The notes under the pieces were generated by a model. It was given only the letters and a program-made list of their open reading frames with translations. It was not told the origin of the DNA and made no database searches. The position numbers were made by a program, and so were the translations under genes. From contig JBHLOC010000004.1 of NCBI GenBank assembly GCA_048940925.1, forward strand, positions 96,554-160,553: a stretch of DNA of 64,000 bases. The letters run 5' to 3'. This DNA is from Promethearchaeota archaeon (GTDB taxonomy: Archaea; Asgardarchaeota; Lokiarchaeia; Sigyniarchaeales; SOKP01). Below are positions 29,566 to 39,540 of the stretch, in pieces (the first letter of the stretch is position 1; the number at the start of each line of letters is the position of its first letter).

Positions 29566-30579
29566 ATGCATATACCAGATGGATTATTAGATCCCGCAAC
29601 ACTTATAGTGCTTTGGATTGTTGCTATTGGAGTAATGATTATTGGATTTTTTAGAATAAGGAAAGACTTTAAAGAAGAGGATTCTGAGAAATTAATTCCC
29701 TATATTGGTGTACTTGCTGCTGTGATATTTGCATTTCAATTTGTTAATTATCCTGTTCCTGGGGGCACTTCAGGTCATTTAGTCGGGGGAACACTTGTAG
29801 CTGTCATATTAGGCCCTTGGGCAGCGGTTATTGTGCTCTTCTTGGTGTTAATTGTGCAAAGTTTATTTGGGGATGGAGGAATTCTATCGCTTGGTGCAAA
29901 TGCTTTCAATATGGGAATTATTGGAGGTCTAGTAGGATTCTATATAGTAGTATTTATTGTAAAAATACTAAATAAAACATCTATGAAAAAAGAAATGAAA
30001 GTTACCATTGCCACAGCTATTGGTTCCTATATTTCTATTGTTTTCGCCTCTTTTGTCTGTGCTATTGAAATAAGTATCGGAGGAGCAATTCCAATTGAAA
30101 TTGCTATTCCTGCTATGGTTTATTGGCATCTATTAATAGGTATTGGAGAAGCTATCATCTCTGCTTTAATTATATTTTATATATATAGAGTAAAACCAGA
30201 TCTTATTACAACCGAATCAATAATGATGCAAAAAGTAATAACTTTTAATATTTCTAAATATAAAAGACCGATTATTTCGACAATTTTAATTATTGGAACT
30301 CTAATGTTGATGATAGCAATAGGATTTACTATTGGATTTCTGTCAGGAGCTCCAGATGGATTAGAACGGGTATTAATTGATCAAAATGGTGAATCATGGT
30401 TAGAAAATTTATTTTCTCCTTGGGTACCATTATTGAGTTGGATCACAAGTGATTATGTAGCAGGGATTATTGGGATTTTCATTTCTATTGCTTTAATGAG
30501 CTCTGTTTTTTATGTAATCATGCACTTTAGAAAAAAAGAATCTTCTAAAAAGGACATAACATCGGATTTAGGAAAATAA
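29566..30579 (+). CDS. cbiM: ECF Co/Ni S component CbiM/NikM fused to a PDGLE domain
   Basis: MHIPDG N-terminus, GTSGHLVGG, GDGG...LGAN, C-terminal PDGLE. Confidence 0.93.
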   Translation: MHIPDGLLDPATLIVLWIVAIGVMIIGFFRIRKDFKEEDSEKLIPYIGVLAAVIFAFQFVNYPVPGGTSGHLVGGTLVAVILGPWAAVIVLFLVLIVQSLFGDGGILSLGANAFNMGIIGGLVGFYIVVFIVKILNKTSMKKEMKVTIATAIGSYISIVFASFVCAIEISIGGAIPIEIAIPAMVYWHLLIGIGEAIISALIIFYIYRVKPDLITTESIMMQKVITFNISKYKRPIISTILIIGTLMLMIAIGFTIGFLSGAPDGLERVLIDQNGESWLENLFSPWVPLLSWITSDYVAGIIGIFISIALMSSVFYVIMHFRKKESSKKDITSDLGK

Positions 30580-30669
30580 AAATACAAATAAACAAAAGGA
30601 AAGGAGAGAGAAAAAATTCTATTATTTATTTCCATATTTTTTGAATAATTTTATTCCAATTATCACAAT

Positions 30670-30777
30670 TTATTGAATTGAATTAACGCTCATTTTAAAA
30701 ACTTCAGCAAGCTCCCGATATGGCATCCGAGAGATTACCATTAATAACATTGAAATAGAAAAGTCAATTTCATCCAT
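30670..30777 (-). pseudogene. Lrp/AsnC HTH fragment
   Basis: MDEIDFSISMLLMVISRMPYRELAEVFKMSVNSIQ* stops inside the recognition helix. Confidence 0.65.
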
Positions 30778-30900
30778 TTATCTGCAAGGTATTTATCTAA
30801 GTATTTAAAATATATCAATTTCTTAATTTTAAAATTATTTTAAATATAAGATTATAAATCTTATAAATTTAAAAACAAATGAAATTAAGCTTAAAAAATT

Positions 30901-31497
30901 ATGAATATTAAGTTTTTCGTTAAATCAACTACAGTTAATATTGATAGCTACACAATTAAGGATATACCAGGTTCTTCTGGTCGGTTAGATGTAATTTCTA
31001 GATGTATTCTCTCCGCAATCTTAGATCAGAATGCGTTCGAAAAAAACATACAGATATGGATATTTTTAAAGGCCTATGGGACATTTGTATTTAAACCTGA
31101 GTTGTTTAATTATGAGAATTTTCCTAAGAATGAAATACTTCTAACAGATTATTTTGTAAAATTCCTCCAAAAAAACTCTTCAAATAATATTCTAGAATCT
31201 AATCCTTTGAGATTACTAAAAAAATCTGAAATGAGTATAATAGATGCTATAAAATACTTTAGAAGTTTGAAATACGCTATATATATTTTAGATGAAAATG
31301 GAAAAAATTTTTTCAAATTAAGAAGTAGTATTCAAGAAAAAGAAAATATCCTCTTCATAGTTGGAAGTCAAGGGGGTGATTTTATTGATTCAAAGGAATT
31401 ATTAGCCTTAAAGTTACCCCGTATCAGCTTAGGAGCCCAAAAATATCTAGCTTCCTCTGTTATCCGATTGCTAAAATTACACCTAATAGCATTATAA
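30901..31497 (+). CDS. trmY: tRNA pseudouridine-54 N1-methyltransferase (SPOUT)
   Basis: DIPGSSGRLDVISRC, LDENG, FIVG, ISLG...YLAS. Confidence 0.85.
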   Translation: MNIKFFVKSTTVNIDSYTIKDIPGSSGRLDVISRCILSAILDQNAFEKNIQIWIFLKAYGTFVFKPELFNYENFPKNEILLTDYFVKFLQKNSSNNILESNPLRLLKKSEMSIIDAIKYFRSLKYAIYILDENGKNFFKLRSSIQEKENILFIVGSQGGDFIDSKELLALKLPRISLGAQKYLASSVIRLLKLHLIAL

Positions 31498-31560
31498 TAA
31501 ATTTTTTATTATAAATTTCTTTTAAAATTATAATCAAATTATTAAGACTATGAATTCAAT

Positions 31561-32277
31561 TTGAACGATCTTGAAAATCTGAATAAAAAAAGAGTAAATC
31601 AAAAACAAATCCTTGATAAATTTATAGATCGTCCTGTACATTTTTTAATTAAGCATAAAGTTTCACCTAATATTCTTTCTTTGATAGGATTTTTATTAAC
31701 ATTAGGAGCTACTTCTCTATTAGCTATAAATGTTATTTATAATTATTTTTGGTTTGCGTGGCTTGTTCCTTTCCTAATTTTTTGGGCGGGGGCATTTGAC
31801 GTTTTTGATGGTGCTGTAGCCAGAAGAACTGGCAAAATGACTAAAACAGGTGCATTTATTGATTCAAATTTAGATAGATTATCAGATGCACTGTTGATTT
31901 TAGGATTAATTTATGGCGGTTTTGTTAATTTTTTGATAGGGTATTTGATAATGTTTTTAATTATAATGATCTCATATATTCGAGCTAAAGCTGAAAATGA
32001 GAATATTGATATGAGAGGTGTTGGTTTCATGGAACGGGCTGAAAGATTAATATTAATTATGGTTGCTCTTAGCATTGAAACATGGGTATATCACTTTTCA
32101 GCACTTTTTACTGGAGAGCCCTGGATTGTTTTTAATCCTTTTATATCATCAACACCAATTACTTGGTTTTTTTTATTTTTCATTTTGATTTTTTTAATTC
32201 TATTAATTATAACTATATTTCAACGTTTAATATACACTTACAAGTCTTTGAGTAAAGAAGTCAACCAAAAACACTAA
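31561..32277 (+). CDS. CDP-alcohol phosphatidyltransferase (archaetidylinositol-phosphate synthase-like)
   Basis: DVFDGAVAR...GAFIDSNLDRLSD, SYIRAKAE, G.MERAER. Confidence 0.92.
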   Translation: MNDLENLNKKRVNQKQILDKFIDRPVHFLIKHKVSPNILSLIGFLLTLGATSLLAINVIYNYFWFAWLVPFLIFWAGAFDVFDGAVARRTGKMTKTGAFIDSNLDRLSDALLILGLIYGGFVNFLIGYLIMFLIIMISYIRAKAENENIDMRGVGFMERAERLILIMVALSIETWVYHFSALFTGEPWIVFNPFISSTPITWFFLFFILIFLILLIITIFQRLIYTYKSLSKEVNQKH

Positions 32278-32424
32278 TTATAATTAATCACATCAAGGTT
32301 TTTTAGAAATTTACTGATTTTATTAATATTCTAAATGAAAGAATAAATTTTTTAAGGTTTGCCCAATTCAATTTCATTAGAAATTATATCACAATTAAAT
32401 AAAAATTAAAACTAGCTGATCTCT

Positions 32425-32697
32425 ATTCCAAAAAAAAGAAAAAGTGGCGGTAAAAGTGGTTCTAGAAAAGGTCAATACAATAAAGTTCAATGTAGTAAAT
32501 GTGGTCGTTTTGTCGCCCGAAGTAAAGCGAAAGCCGTAACAAGAAAAGTTTCTTTAGTTGACGGAAGGATGTATGCTGAATTGAAAAAAGCAGGTACAAT
32601 AATTCAAGCACCGACAAAGACTAAATATTATTGTATAAGTTGTGCAATTCATTCTCATCAGATAAGTCAAAGAGATAAAAGTTTAAGGAAAGAATAA
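32425..32697 (+). CDS. rps26e: 30S ribosomal protein S26e (ATT start; not in ORF track)
   Basis: (M)PKKRKSGGKSGSRKG...VQCSKCGRFVARSKA...YYCISCAIHSH; in-frame TAG at 32413 excludes an upstream ATG. Confidence 0.93.
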   Translation: MPKKRKSGGKSGSRKGQYNKVQCSKCGRFVARSKAKAVTRKVSLVDGRMYAELKKAGTIIQAPTKTKYYCISCAIHSHQISQRDKSLRKE

Positions 32698-32701
32698 AAC
32701 A

Positions 32702-34693
32702 TTATAAATTTAATTGTTTAAAGAAGGAAGGAAGAGTATATTCAATTAAAACCTGATCCTTAGCTGTTATTTCAATAACTGCCCGTATTAGGTAATTATC
32801 TCTTAATTTTTCATCTGGTTTATATATCTTCATTTTAGCAGTTGGTTTTATTTTCAAGGAATAATTCTCAGCTATCCCCGAAATGTTTTCACTTGTTTTT
32901 ACTTTAATTCCTAGTAAACCTAATTCATAATGATAGACAATAAAAAGAATTTGATCTTGGTGATCTTCTGATTTTTCAAAATGAACCACTTCTAAATAAT
33001 CATCTTGAAGTTCTTTAGGGAGATTTGAAAAGGGAACGATTTTTTTCTTTCCAGAAATATAGGGGAATGGGGTATAAAACAGGAGATTGAAACTAGATAT
33101 TTTTTTTATTTGTTCATTGTACTTTTCTATATCTTTGATGGAGTAAGCTTTATCTAATAATATATCTAATTTCTCAGACATTTCTTCAGCGGAATAACCA
33201 TCTAAAACTGTAGAAATGTATGATCTTTTTAATTTCCCTATTAGAATCTCACTTTTAAAACTTAACTTATAGTCAATCGATATCTCTAAAGCTTGATTAT
33301 ATAAATTAGTAGCAATTTGGGAATGCCCTAACGCGAGGAAATAATCGCCAAGCTCACTGAATACTATAATTGCATCAAGGAAATTTTCATCTAAATCCAT
33401 AGTTGATATTTCTTCCATTATGGAAATAGCAGTTAATTTATCTTCTCCTTGGATATAAAGAGCTATAGCTTTTCCAATGAGACATTTTAATTTTAGCATT
33501 TTATCTTCATAAATCTCAGCTAACTCCTCGGTAAAATTATATTGCATTATAGCATTTTCGTATAATCCATGAAATAGAAAAATTAAGGCTTTTATGTAAT
33601 TAAGTGTTAGACAAGTTTTATAATTATAAATAATTGTTGAAAAAAGAGCTGCTCTTTCAAGTGAATCAATAGCGGCATTAATTCTACCGAGAGAAACTAA
33701 TAAGAATGCTCTTAAAAATTCCATTTTGCTGATTTCTGAACATATTAATTGCTCTACTATTTTATAATCTTTTACATCATTTAGTTGTCCTGAAGCTAGC
33801 TGAAGCAAAGAAACTAAAAATCCATTACCCTTTTTTAAAAATTTTACTGCTTCTTTCGGTATACTTTTTGTTATTGCTTCACGAGCTCGAATTACATACT
33901 CTCGTGAAATTCTCAAATTTTCAAGAAATTTTAAAATACCTACTACTTTTTCTTCTTCATTCTGTGGAATATCTTGATTATCTATATATTTTTCGGCAAT
34001 TTTAATTTCTTCAGCATATTTCGAAGTTCCTACTTCAAACTTTACACCCACATCTGGATTCTCTAATTCAATATCGCTCGATATAACTGAATCCTCTGTA
34101 ACAGCTACAGCTCTCTCAATAATCCAAGTTATTTTTTGCTCAGCAGGATAAATTTTTGAACGCTCAATCATATAGGATAAAGTATAATTTAAGCTTTGCT
34201 TCCAGATATTCTTGAAATATTTTCTCATTTGAGAGTTGCTTGTTGATTTCTGTAATTTTAGAAGAAAACTAGAAAGTGATAAGATATTGATTTTACCTTT
34301 ATAGAGTAAACCAGCATTTTTAACCAATTTAAAATCGTCAGTAACAAGGTGAACCGGTAGTGACTCATCTTCACTCAATAGATTCTTCCCAATATAAATT
34401 AATGAGAGATCAGGATCTTGTGCAGGAAATTTAATGTTATATTGACTAAGATCACCTTTAACAGCATCAATTTCAACATTAGATACTTTTTTTACATTAA
34501 CAATAGTTTTTAATTTCTCTTTGTATGTAGGTGGTGCTTTAATTTCACCAAATACCACTTCAGAAATATAGTATTTAAAATCTAGATCTCGCGCTGCTTT
34601 GTCTAAATTTCTTAGAATATTACGTGCTCTTATTTGTAGCATGCAAATAAAGAAATTCGCATCAAATATGATTCTTTCTGGTCTACGTGGCAT
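32702..34693 (-). CDS. PIN-domain nuclease (Nob1-like motifs) fused to TPR repeats
   Basis: IIFDANF, SEVVFGEI, DPDLSLI, LVTDDFKL; TPR-like helices at aa ~320-490. Confidence 0.75.
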   Translation of the reverse strand: MPRRPERIIFDANFFICMLQIRARNILRNLDKAARDLDFKYYISEVVFGEIKAPPTYKEKLKTIVNVKKVSNVEIDAVKGDLSQYNIKFPAQDPDLSLIYIGKNLLSEDESLPVHLVTDDFKLVKNAGLLYKGKINILSLSSFLLKLQKSTSNSQMRKYFKNIWKQSLNYTLSYMIERSKIYPAEQKITWIIERAVAVTEDSVISSDIELENPDVGVKFEVGTSKYAEEIKIAEKYIDNQDIPQNEEEKVVGILKFLENLRISREYVIRAREAITKSIPKEAVKFLKKGNGFLVSLLQLASGQLNDVKDYKIVEQLICSEISKMEFLRAFLLVSLGRINAAIDSLERAALFSTIIYNYKTCLTLNYIKALIFLFHGLYENAIMQYNFTEELAEIYEDKMLKLKCLIGKAIALYIQGEDKLTAISIMEEISTMDLDENFLDAIIVFSELGDYFLALGHSQIATNLYNQALEISIDYKLSFKSEILIGKLKRSYISTVLDGYSAEEMSEKLDILLDKAYSIKDIEKYNEQIKKISSFNLLFYTPFPYISGKKKIVPFSNLPKELQDDYLEVVHFEKSEDHQDQILFIVYHYELGLLGIKVKTSENISGIAENYSLKIKPTAKMKIYKPDEKLRDNYLIRAVIEITAKDQVLIEYTLPSFFKQLNL

Positions 34694-34912
34694 TTATGAG
34701 ATAAAATTCTTTTGAGTTCTTTGTAAAGATTTTAATTAAATAAATATTAAATCGGAAAATATTATAACATTATTATTTTAATATTAATTGATACAAAAGA
34801 CTCGCAATTAGTTAAAAATCAATACATATTTTCAAAAATTTGCTATTTAAAAAAACTTAGATACTTCTTTTTCTTAATAATTGTATAAACTATAGATTAA
34901 ATTCATAAGAGT

Positions 34913-35428
34913 GTGATTTATATACAAATCATTGATGTAATAGGTTATTCTGGTTCTGGCAAGACAAATTTTATAATAACCGCAATAAAATTATTTAAAA
35001 GGTATTTAAATTATGATGTTGCTATTATTAAAAATGTAAAACATCATCAAATTGATAAGGAAGGCAAAGATTCCTATAAATTTACTGAGGCGGGAGCAAC
35101 TTATTCTATCATTGGAAATGAGAAAAGAAAAATCGCTATATTTACGAAATTTAGTAATAATTTTTTAAATGAAATTACTAATTGGCTTGAAAAAGGACCT
35201 TTCAAAATACAAATATGTCTAACTGAAGGATTTAGGAATTTAAACAATCCCGCTGTTCTATGTATTAAAAATTTTGATGAGATTGATGAGCAATTAACTC
35301 GAAATGTCAAGGTGATTTCTGGGATAATTCTTTTATCAAATATCGAATTAGAAAGCTTTTCAAATATACCAATAATAGATATAGAAAAAGATTTTCGAAA
35401 ATTCTTAAAAATTTTTAAAATTAAATAA
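34913..35428 (+). CDS. mobB: Molybdopterin-guanine dinucleotide biosynthesis protein B
   Basis: GYSGSGKT, D.EGKDS.KF..AGA, EGFR. Confidence 0.88.
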   Translation: MIYIQIIDVIGYSGSGKTNFIITAIKLFKRYLNYDVAIIKNVKHHQIDKEGKDSYKFTEAGATYSIIGNEKRKIAIFTKFSNNFLNEITNWLEKGPFKIQICLTEGFRNLNNPAVLCIKNFDEIDEQLTRNVKVISGIILLSNIELESFSNIPIIDIEKDFRKFLKIFKIK

Positions 35429-35443
35429 CAAATTTGATAATAT

Positions 35444-37369
35444 TTATAATTTTAATTGTTTCCAGAAAGGAGCAAGTTGTTGACAAACGACTTTGAAATC
35501 CGTAATAGTTTCTTTATTTTCAATATCTGAAAGAAAAAATTCACTTAATTTCTCATAAATTTCAATTTCGTTTGAGGGATCTCTCACAGATCTATAAATG
35601 TCCGATATTAAATTATGTAGAGGTATAATTATCTCATAAATTATCCATTCCTCAAAAAAGGGCTGATCTGAGAATGATTGAATATTATAAGTAAGCATAA
35701 TTTGTATTAATTCTTCATCAGTATAGAAATGAGTATCAGGGATTTTCATATTAAATTTCTTTAACTCCTCTGTAATGTATTTTTTATTTAAACTAATTAT
35801 GTAGTCTGGCCAAACATCATCAGAATAGTTAATATCTTGAAAAACATATAGTTCTAAAACTCGTAAAGCTATGTTTTTACCAATATATCGGCTTCGAGGG
35901 TCAATGAAATTTACAGATGCTTCATCTGGTGTATTTCTAATGAAGATCTTATCAATCAGTACATAAAGCATCCTACATATGTGATCTACAATAATATTAA
36001 AAGTAAGAGGTGAATTATTTGAATTTTCAGAAAGAAGGATATTTGCTTGTGCAATTTCATTCGCAAAATTTGAATTAAAACTTTTTAAGAATGTTTTGAA
36101 GAACCCATAATTTAATTGAGAAACGTTTTTTTTAAAGACTTTTCGGAAGAATATATCAATATTCTCAATATTAGATAAAGCAGAAATAAATTTCAGAAAA
36201 TTATTTATTTCATTAATGAAATTAGCACCAATTACTTCATCTGCGTTTTTATTATGTTGATCTAATGTAGTTTTAAAAACTTTCGGTAAGAAAAGTAAAT
36301 TACTTACTTCTAATGCTTCAAGACCACTTCCAAAATAGTATTTCATATATAATAAGAATAGATTTAACTGTGATTTTGGAGTTGGTAAATTGTTTGCTTG
36401 AAATGTAGAGTAGAGTGTGGATTCTCGATCAAGGAGATCAAAAAATTTTATTAATAAATTCTTTTTCTCAATGCCATAATCTAAATTTGCAAGGAACTCT
36501 TTTCTAATAGTAACTATCTTAGAAAATAATGAATCTTCTACCCGTGAACCCACAAAATTAAAGAAATCTAATAAAGGTGAGAAACTTTGTAATAAATTAC
36601 ATTTCTTGTAAAAATAATATAACAAATCAACTAACTTTTCTTTAGCACGCGGATATTCTTCTATAGCTATTTGATATAGTTTTTCTCTTCCTTCCAATAA
36701 TTTATTATAAAAATCTTCTGGAATTCCGTCGAAGTGCCTAAGAAAATAGTATAGAACCATATTAAAGTAGCTATGGAAAATTTCATCTTTGCTATCCTTT
36801 ATAATTATCATAAAATTCAGAGTATTATTGTTTTCTACTTCTCTAACTATAACTCCATCAAGCAATATAAAGAGTTTTTCTTTGATTGTTTTTCTAATTA
36901 TCATTCCTAAAAGCCTAATTAGAAAATAAAGATATCCTGTGGTAAAAGAAAAACCATAGAAGATTCCGACATTCAGATTTTTAGAAATATTGTCAAAATG
37001 ATTTTCCTCTTCCTTTGTTAAAAAATAATTATATTCTAAAAATAATATCTTATCTGATATCTTTTCTTTAATAACGAGTTCCAATGAATTTTTCTCAAAT
37101 CCAAAGAATTTATTCATAAAAAATTTAAAAAAATAGGGAAAATTATTATAGAAGAAGGTTGTAAAAGTTTTTTTTAGAATCCTTTCTTCATTTTTACAAT
37201 TAAATTCATTCCACTTTAGTTTGATCTCTTTTTTAAATTCTTCATATTCTTCTTTTTTTTTATTTAAGATTTCAGAAAAAATGTTCATTTCTAACTTAAG
37301 GTTAAATTCCTTTCCATTGATCTGTTTTTTCAAGAAATCTAAGATTTCAGATAATTCTATGTTAACCAA
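35444..37369 (-). CDS. Large hypothetical protein (641 aa)
   Basis: Long open frame; no motif recognised. Confidence 0.75.
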   Translation of the reverse strand: MVNIELSEILDFLKKQINGKEFNLKLEMNIFSEILNKKKEEYEEFKKEIKLKWNEFNCKNEERILKKTFTTFFYNNFPYFFKFFMNKFFGFEKNSLELVIKEKISDKILFLEYNYFLTKEEENHFDNISKNLNVGIFYGFSFTTGYLYFLIRLLGMIIRKTIKEKLFILLDGVIVREVENNNTLNFMIIIKDSKDEIFHSYFNMVLYYFLRHFDGIPEDFYNKLLEGREKLYQIAIEEYPRAKEKLVDLLYYFYKKCNLLQSFSPLLDFFNFVGSRVEDSLFSKIVTIRKEFLANLDYGIEKKNLLIKFFDLLDRESTLYSTFQANNLPTPKSQLNLFLLYMKYYFGSGLEALEVSNLLFLPKVFKTTLDQHNKNADEVIGANFINEINNFLKFISALSNIENIDIFFRKVFKKNVSQLNYGFFKTFLKSFNSNFANEIAQANILLSENSNNSPLTFNIIVDHICRMLYVLIDKIFIRNTPDEASVNFIDPRSRYIGKNIALRVLELYVFQDINYSDDVWPDYIISLNKKYITEELKKFNMKIPDTHFYTDEELIQIMLTYNIQSFSDQPFFEEWIIYEIIIPLHNLISDIYRSVRDPSNEIEIYEKLSEFFLSDIENKETITDFKVVCQQLAPFWKQLKL

Positions 37370-37522
37370 TTTTAACCAATTATTTGATTAGAAAAATTAT
37401 ATTATAATTTGTTTAACCTGTAATTCTAAGAATTGTTTATAATATTAATAAAATTTAAAAAATAAAAATATTAGTCAAATAAAAAGGACAATTTTATCAT
37501 ATAAATTTAGTTTGACATTTAT

Positions 37523-38548
37523 TTAGAAAATCTTTATAATTTCATCAGTTTCAGAGTATTTAAGCAGACTTGTTTTACCATTTAATTTCTTAACTTTCAA
37601 ACCTTTATCTCTGGGAACAAAAACACCGATTTGCTCTGATTTAATTTTATTTTTTCTTAATAGATCAATTACATTATATGAATCTGCTTGATTCACGGCA
37701 ATTAATAACGATCCTGATGATATCGTATTATATGGATTAAGATCATATATTTTACTTAAAATTTTTGGTTCTGGTAAAATAGATATTTTCTCTTCTTCAA
37801 TCAAAATACCTGTATTTGAAGCAATGGTCATTTCAGCTATAGCAGTATAAATTCCCCCTTCCGTTGGGTCGTGCATAGACTTTATTTGAAAATATTCATT
37901 CGCTAATAAAGCTTCCTTATAAACACTGATACCCGGTTTATAAAGGTAATTTTTACATCTTTCTATAAAATTATAATCATAATTACGTTCTAGCAATTCA
38001 TTTTGTTTCTCTCTCCCAATAATACTGGTTCCTTCAATAAATATACCTTTAGTTAAGATCAGTGCATCTCCTGGTTCCGCACCAGAAGTAAGCACTAATT
38101 TTTCTTTCTTAACTTCTCCTAATAATGAACCAATTATTAAAGGTCGATCAATGTTCGGAGTAATTTCAATATGCCCTCCAACAATAGAAATTCCCATGGA
38201 TTTGCAAGTATTGTTGATATCTTTGAAAACAGCTTTAATTAAATCATCTGTAGTATTTTCCGCAGGCAATAATATCGTAGATTGAAACCATTTGGGTTTT
38301 GCGCCTGTACAAACTAAATCATTTACATTAATATTTACTACATAATATCCAATTTGCTTTGTAGCAAATGTAATGGGATCTGTTTTCGCTACTAAATAGT
38401 TTTCACCAGGAATGTCAATCACAGCAGCATCTTCTCCTAATTTTGAGCCCATAATTATTCTTTTATCTTGAATTTCTAGATCTGAAAGTAGATCTGTTAG
38501 GAATCTATGTTTAAGTTTCCCCAGAGTAAAATCTTCCTTGTTTCTCAT
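37523..38548 (-). CDS. AIR synthase-related (PurM/HypE-like) protein
   Basis: GEDAAV, TDPIT, NVNDL...GA.P, GGH.E, MHDPTEGG, SSGSLL. Confidence 0.85.
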   Translation of the reverse strand: MRNKEDFTLGKLKHRFLTDLLSDLEIQDKRIIMGSKLGEDAAVIDIPGENYLVAKTDPITFATKQIGYYVVNINVNDLVCTGAKPKWFQSTILLPAENTTDDLIKAVFKDINNTCKSMGISIVGGHIEITPNIDRPLIIGSLLGEVKKEKLVLTSGAEPGDALILTKGIFIEGTSIIGREKQNELLERNYDYNFIERCKNYLYKPGISVYKEALLANEYFQIKSMHDPTEGGIYTAIAEMTIASNTGILIEEEKISILPEPKILSKIYDLNPYNTISSGSLLIAVNQADSYNVIDLLRKNKIKSEQIGVFVPRDKGLKVKKLNGKTSLLKYSETDEIIKIF

Positions 38549-38729
38549 AGTATTCTTAATATAATAACAGAAGAAAACTATTTAAATTTAAAAGGTTGAT
38601 AAAACTGACACATTTTAAAATAAAGGAGAATTTCAATTCTAATTATCCTAAAATTTAAAAATTTAATTATTATATATATCAAATAAAATCGAATCTTACA
38701 TTTTAAATAAAATAAACAAACTCGGGAAC

Positions 38730-39263
38730 TTGAGTAAAATGGGATTTGGTAAAGCCTTTTTGTTAAGCCTGGTAGCTTTTATTGGAATAAATTTTATATT
38801 TACTATTATATATTTTTTGTTATTAGAAGATTTTGATACTCTTTTTTCTACTATTGCGGGGGATCCTTTAATGATTCTATACTACTTATTCGGTTCTATT
38901 TTGAGTATTCCGTTTTATAATTTAAAGTGGCTAGTAATAGATCCTTTATTAAACAATAATATGGATAACTTAATTTTAGGACTTGGATTTTTAGTAGCAC
39001 CCTTGATAGCTGCTATTTTAGCCGGAAATTTTGGAGAATCTAAATCGCAATGTTTCAGTGGTTGGCTTTTAACTGCCCTCGTTAGCAGTATAGCAACAAT
39101 AATAGGAGCTCTATTAAGCCAAACATTTCGTACTACAATAGAAACAACATACGAATGGTCCACTATTTTATCAATTATAGCCTTTACTGCATTAAGTTGT
39201 TTAATAAATATAGTATTCTACAGCTTTTTTGCGTTAGCGATATTTAAAACTGAGTACTATTAA
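38730..39263 (+). CDS. Hypothetical multi-pass membrane protein
   Basis: About five hydrophobic segments. Confidence 0.7.
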   Translation: MSKMGFGKAFLLSLVAFIGINFIFTIIYFLLLEDFDTLFSTIAGDPLMILYYLFGSILSIPFYNLKWLVIDPLLNNNMDNLILGLGFLVAPLIAAILAGNFGESKSQCFSGWLLTALVSSIATIIGALLSQTFRTTIETTYEWSTILSIIAFTALSCLINIVFYSFFALAIFKTEYY

Positions 39264-39420
39264 ATTGCTAATCAAATTTTAAAATTATAACATTTTTTTA
39301 ATATATTCTAAAAATCAAATCCGTACGTTACTAATATCTCTTATTTATGTTGACTGGATTACAAATTTTATCAAACTCGTTATAACGCTAAAATTCTTAA
39401 TTAAGTTATAAAAAATGTTA

Positions 39421-39445
39421 TCCTCCAACTTTATTAGTTGGAGGA
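39421..39445. repeat. Perfect 10-bp-stem hairpin (terminator or IS200/IS605-end-like)
   Basis: TCCTCCAACT-ttatt-AGTTGGAGGA. Confidence 0.7.
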
Positions 39446-39540
39446 ATAAAATCTGTGTTGCCTAACTCTGGAAATTTTTTCCCTCTTCCAAGTCAACTTT
39501 AAAAAATATTTATTCTTTGTATAATTATTTATTATTTACT

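Noticed and set aside
37523-38548. Selenophosphate synthetase SelD
   Set aside because: No N-terminal Cys/Sec-x-x-Lys motif; fits the generic AIR-synthase-related family
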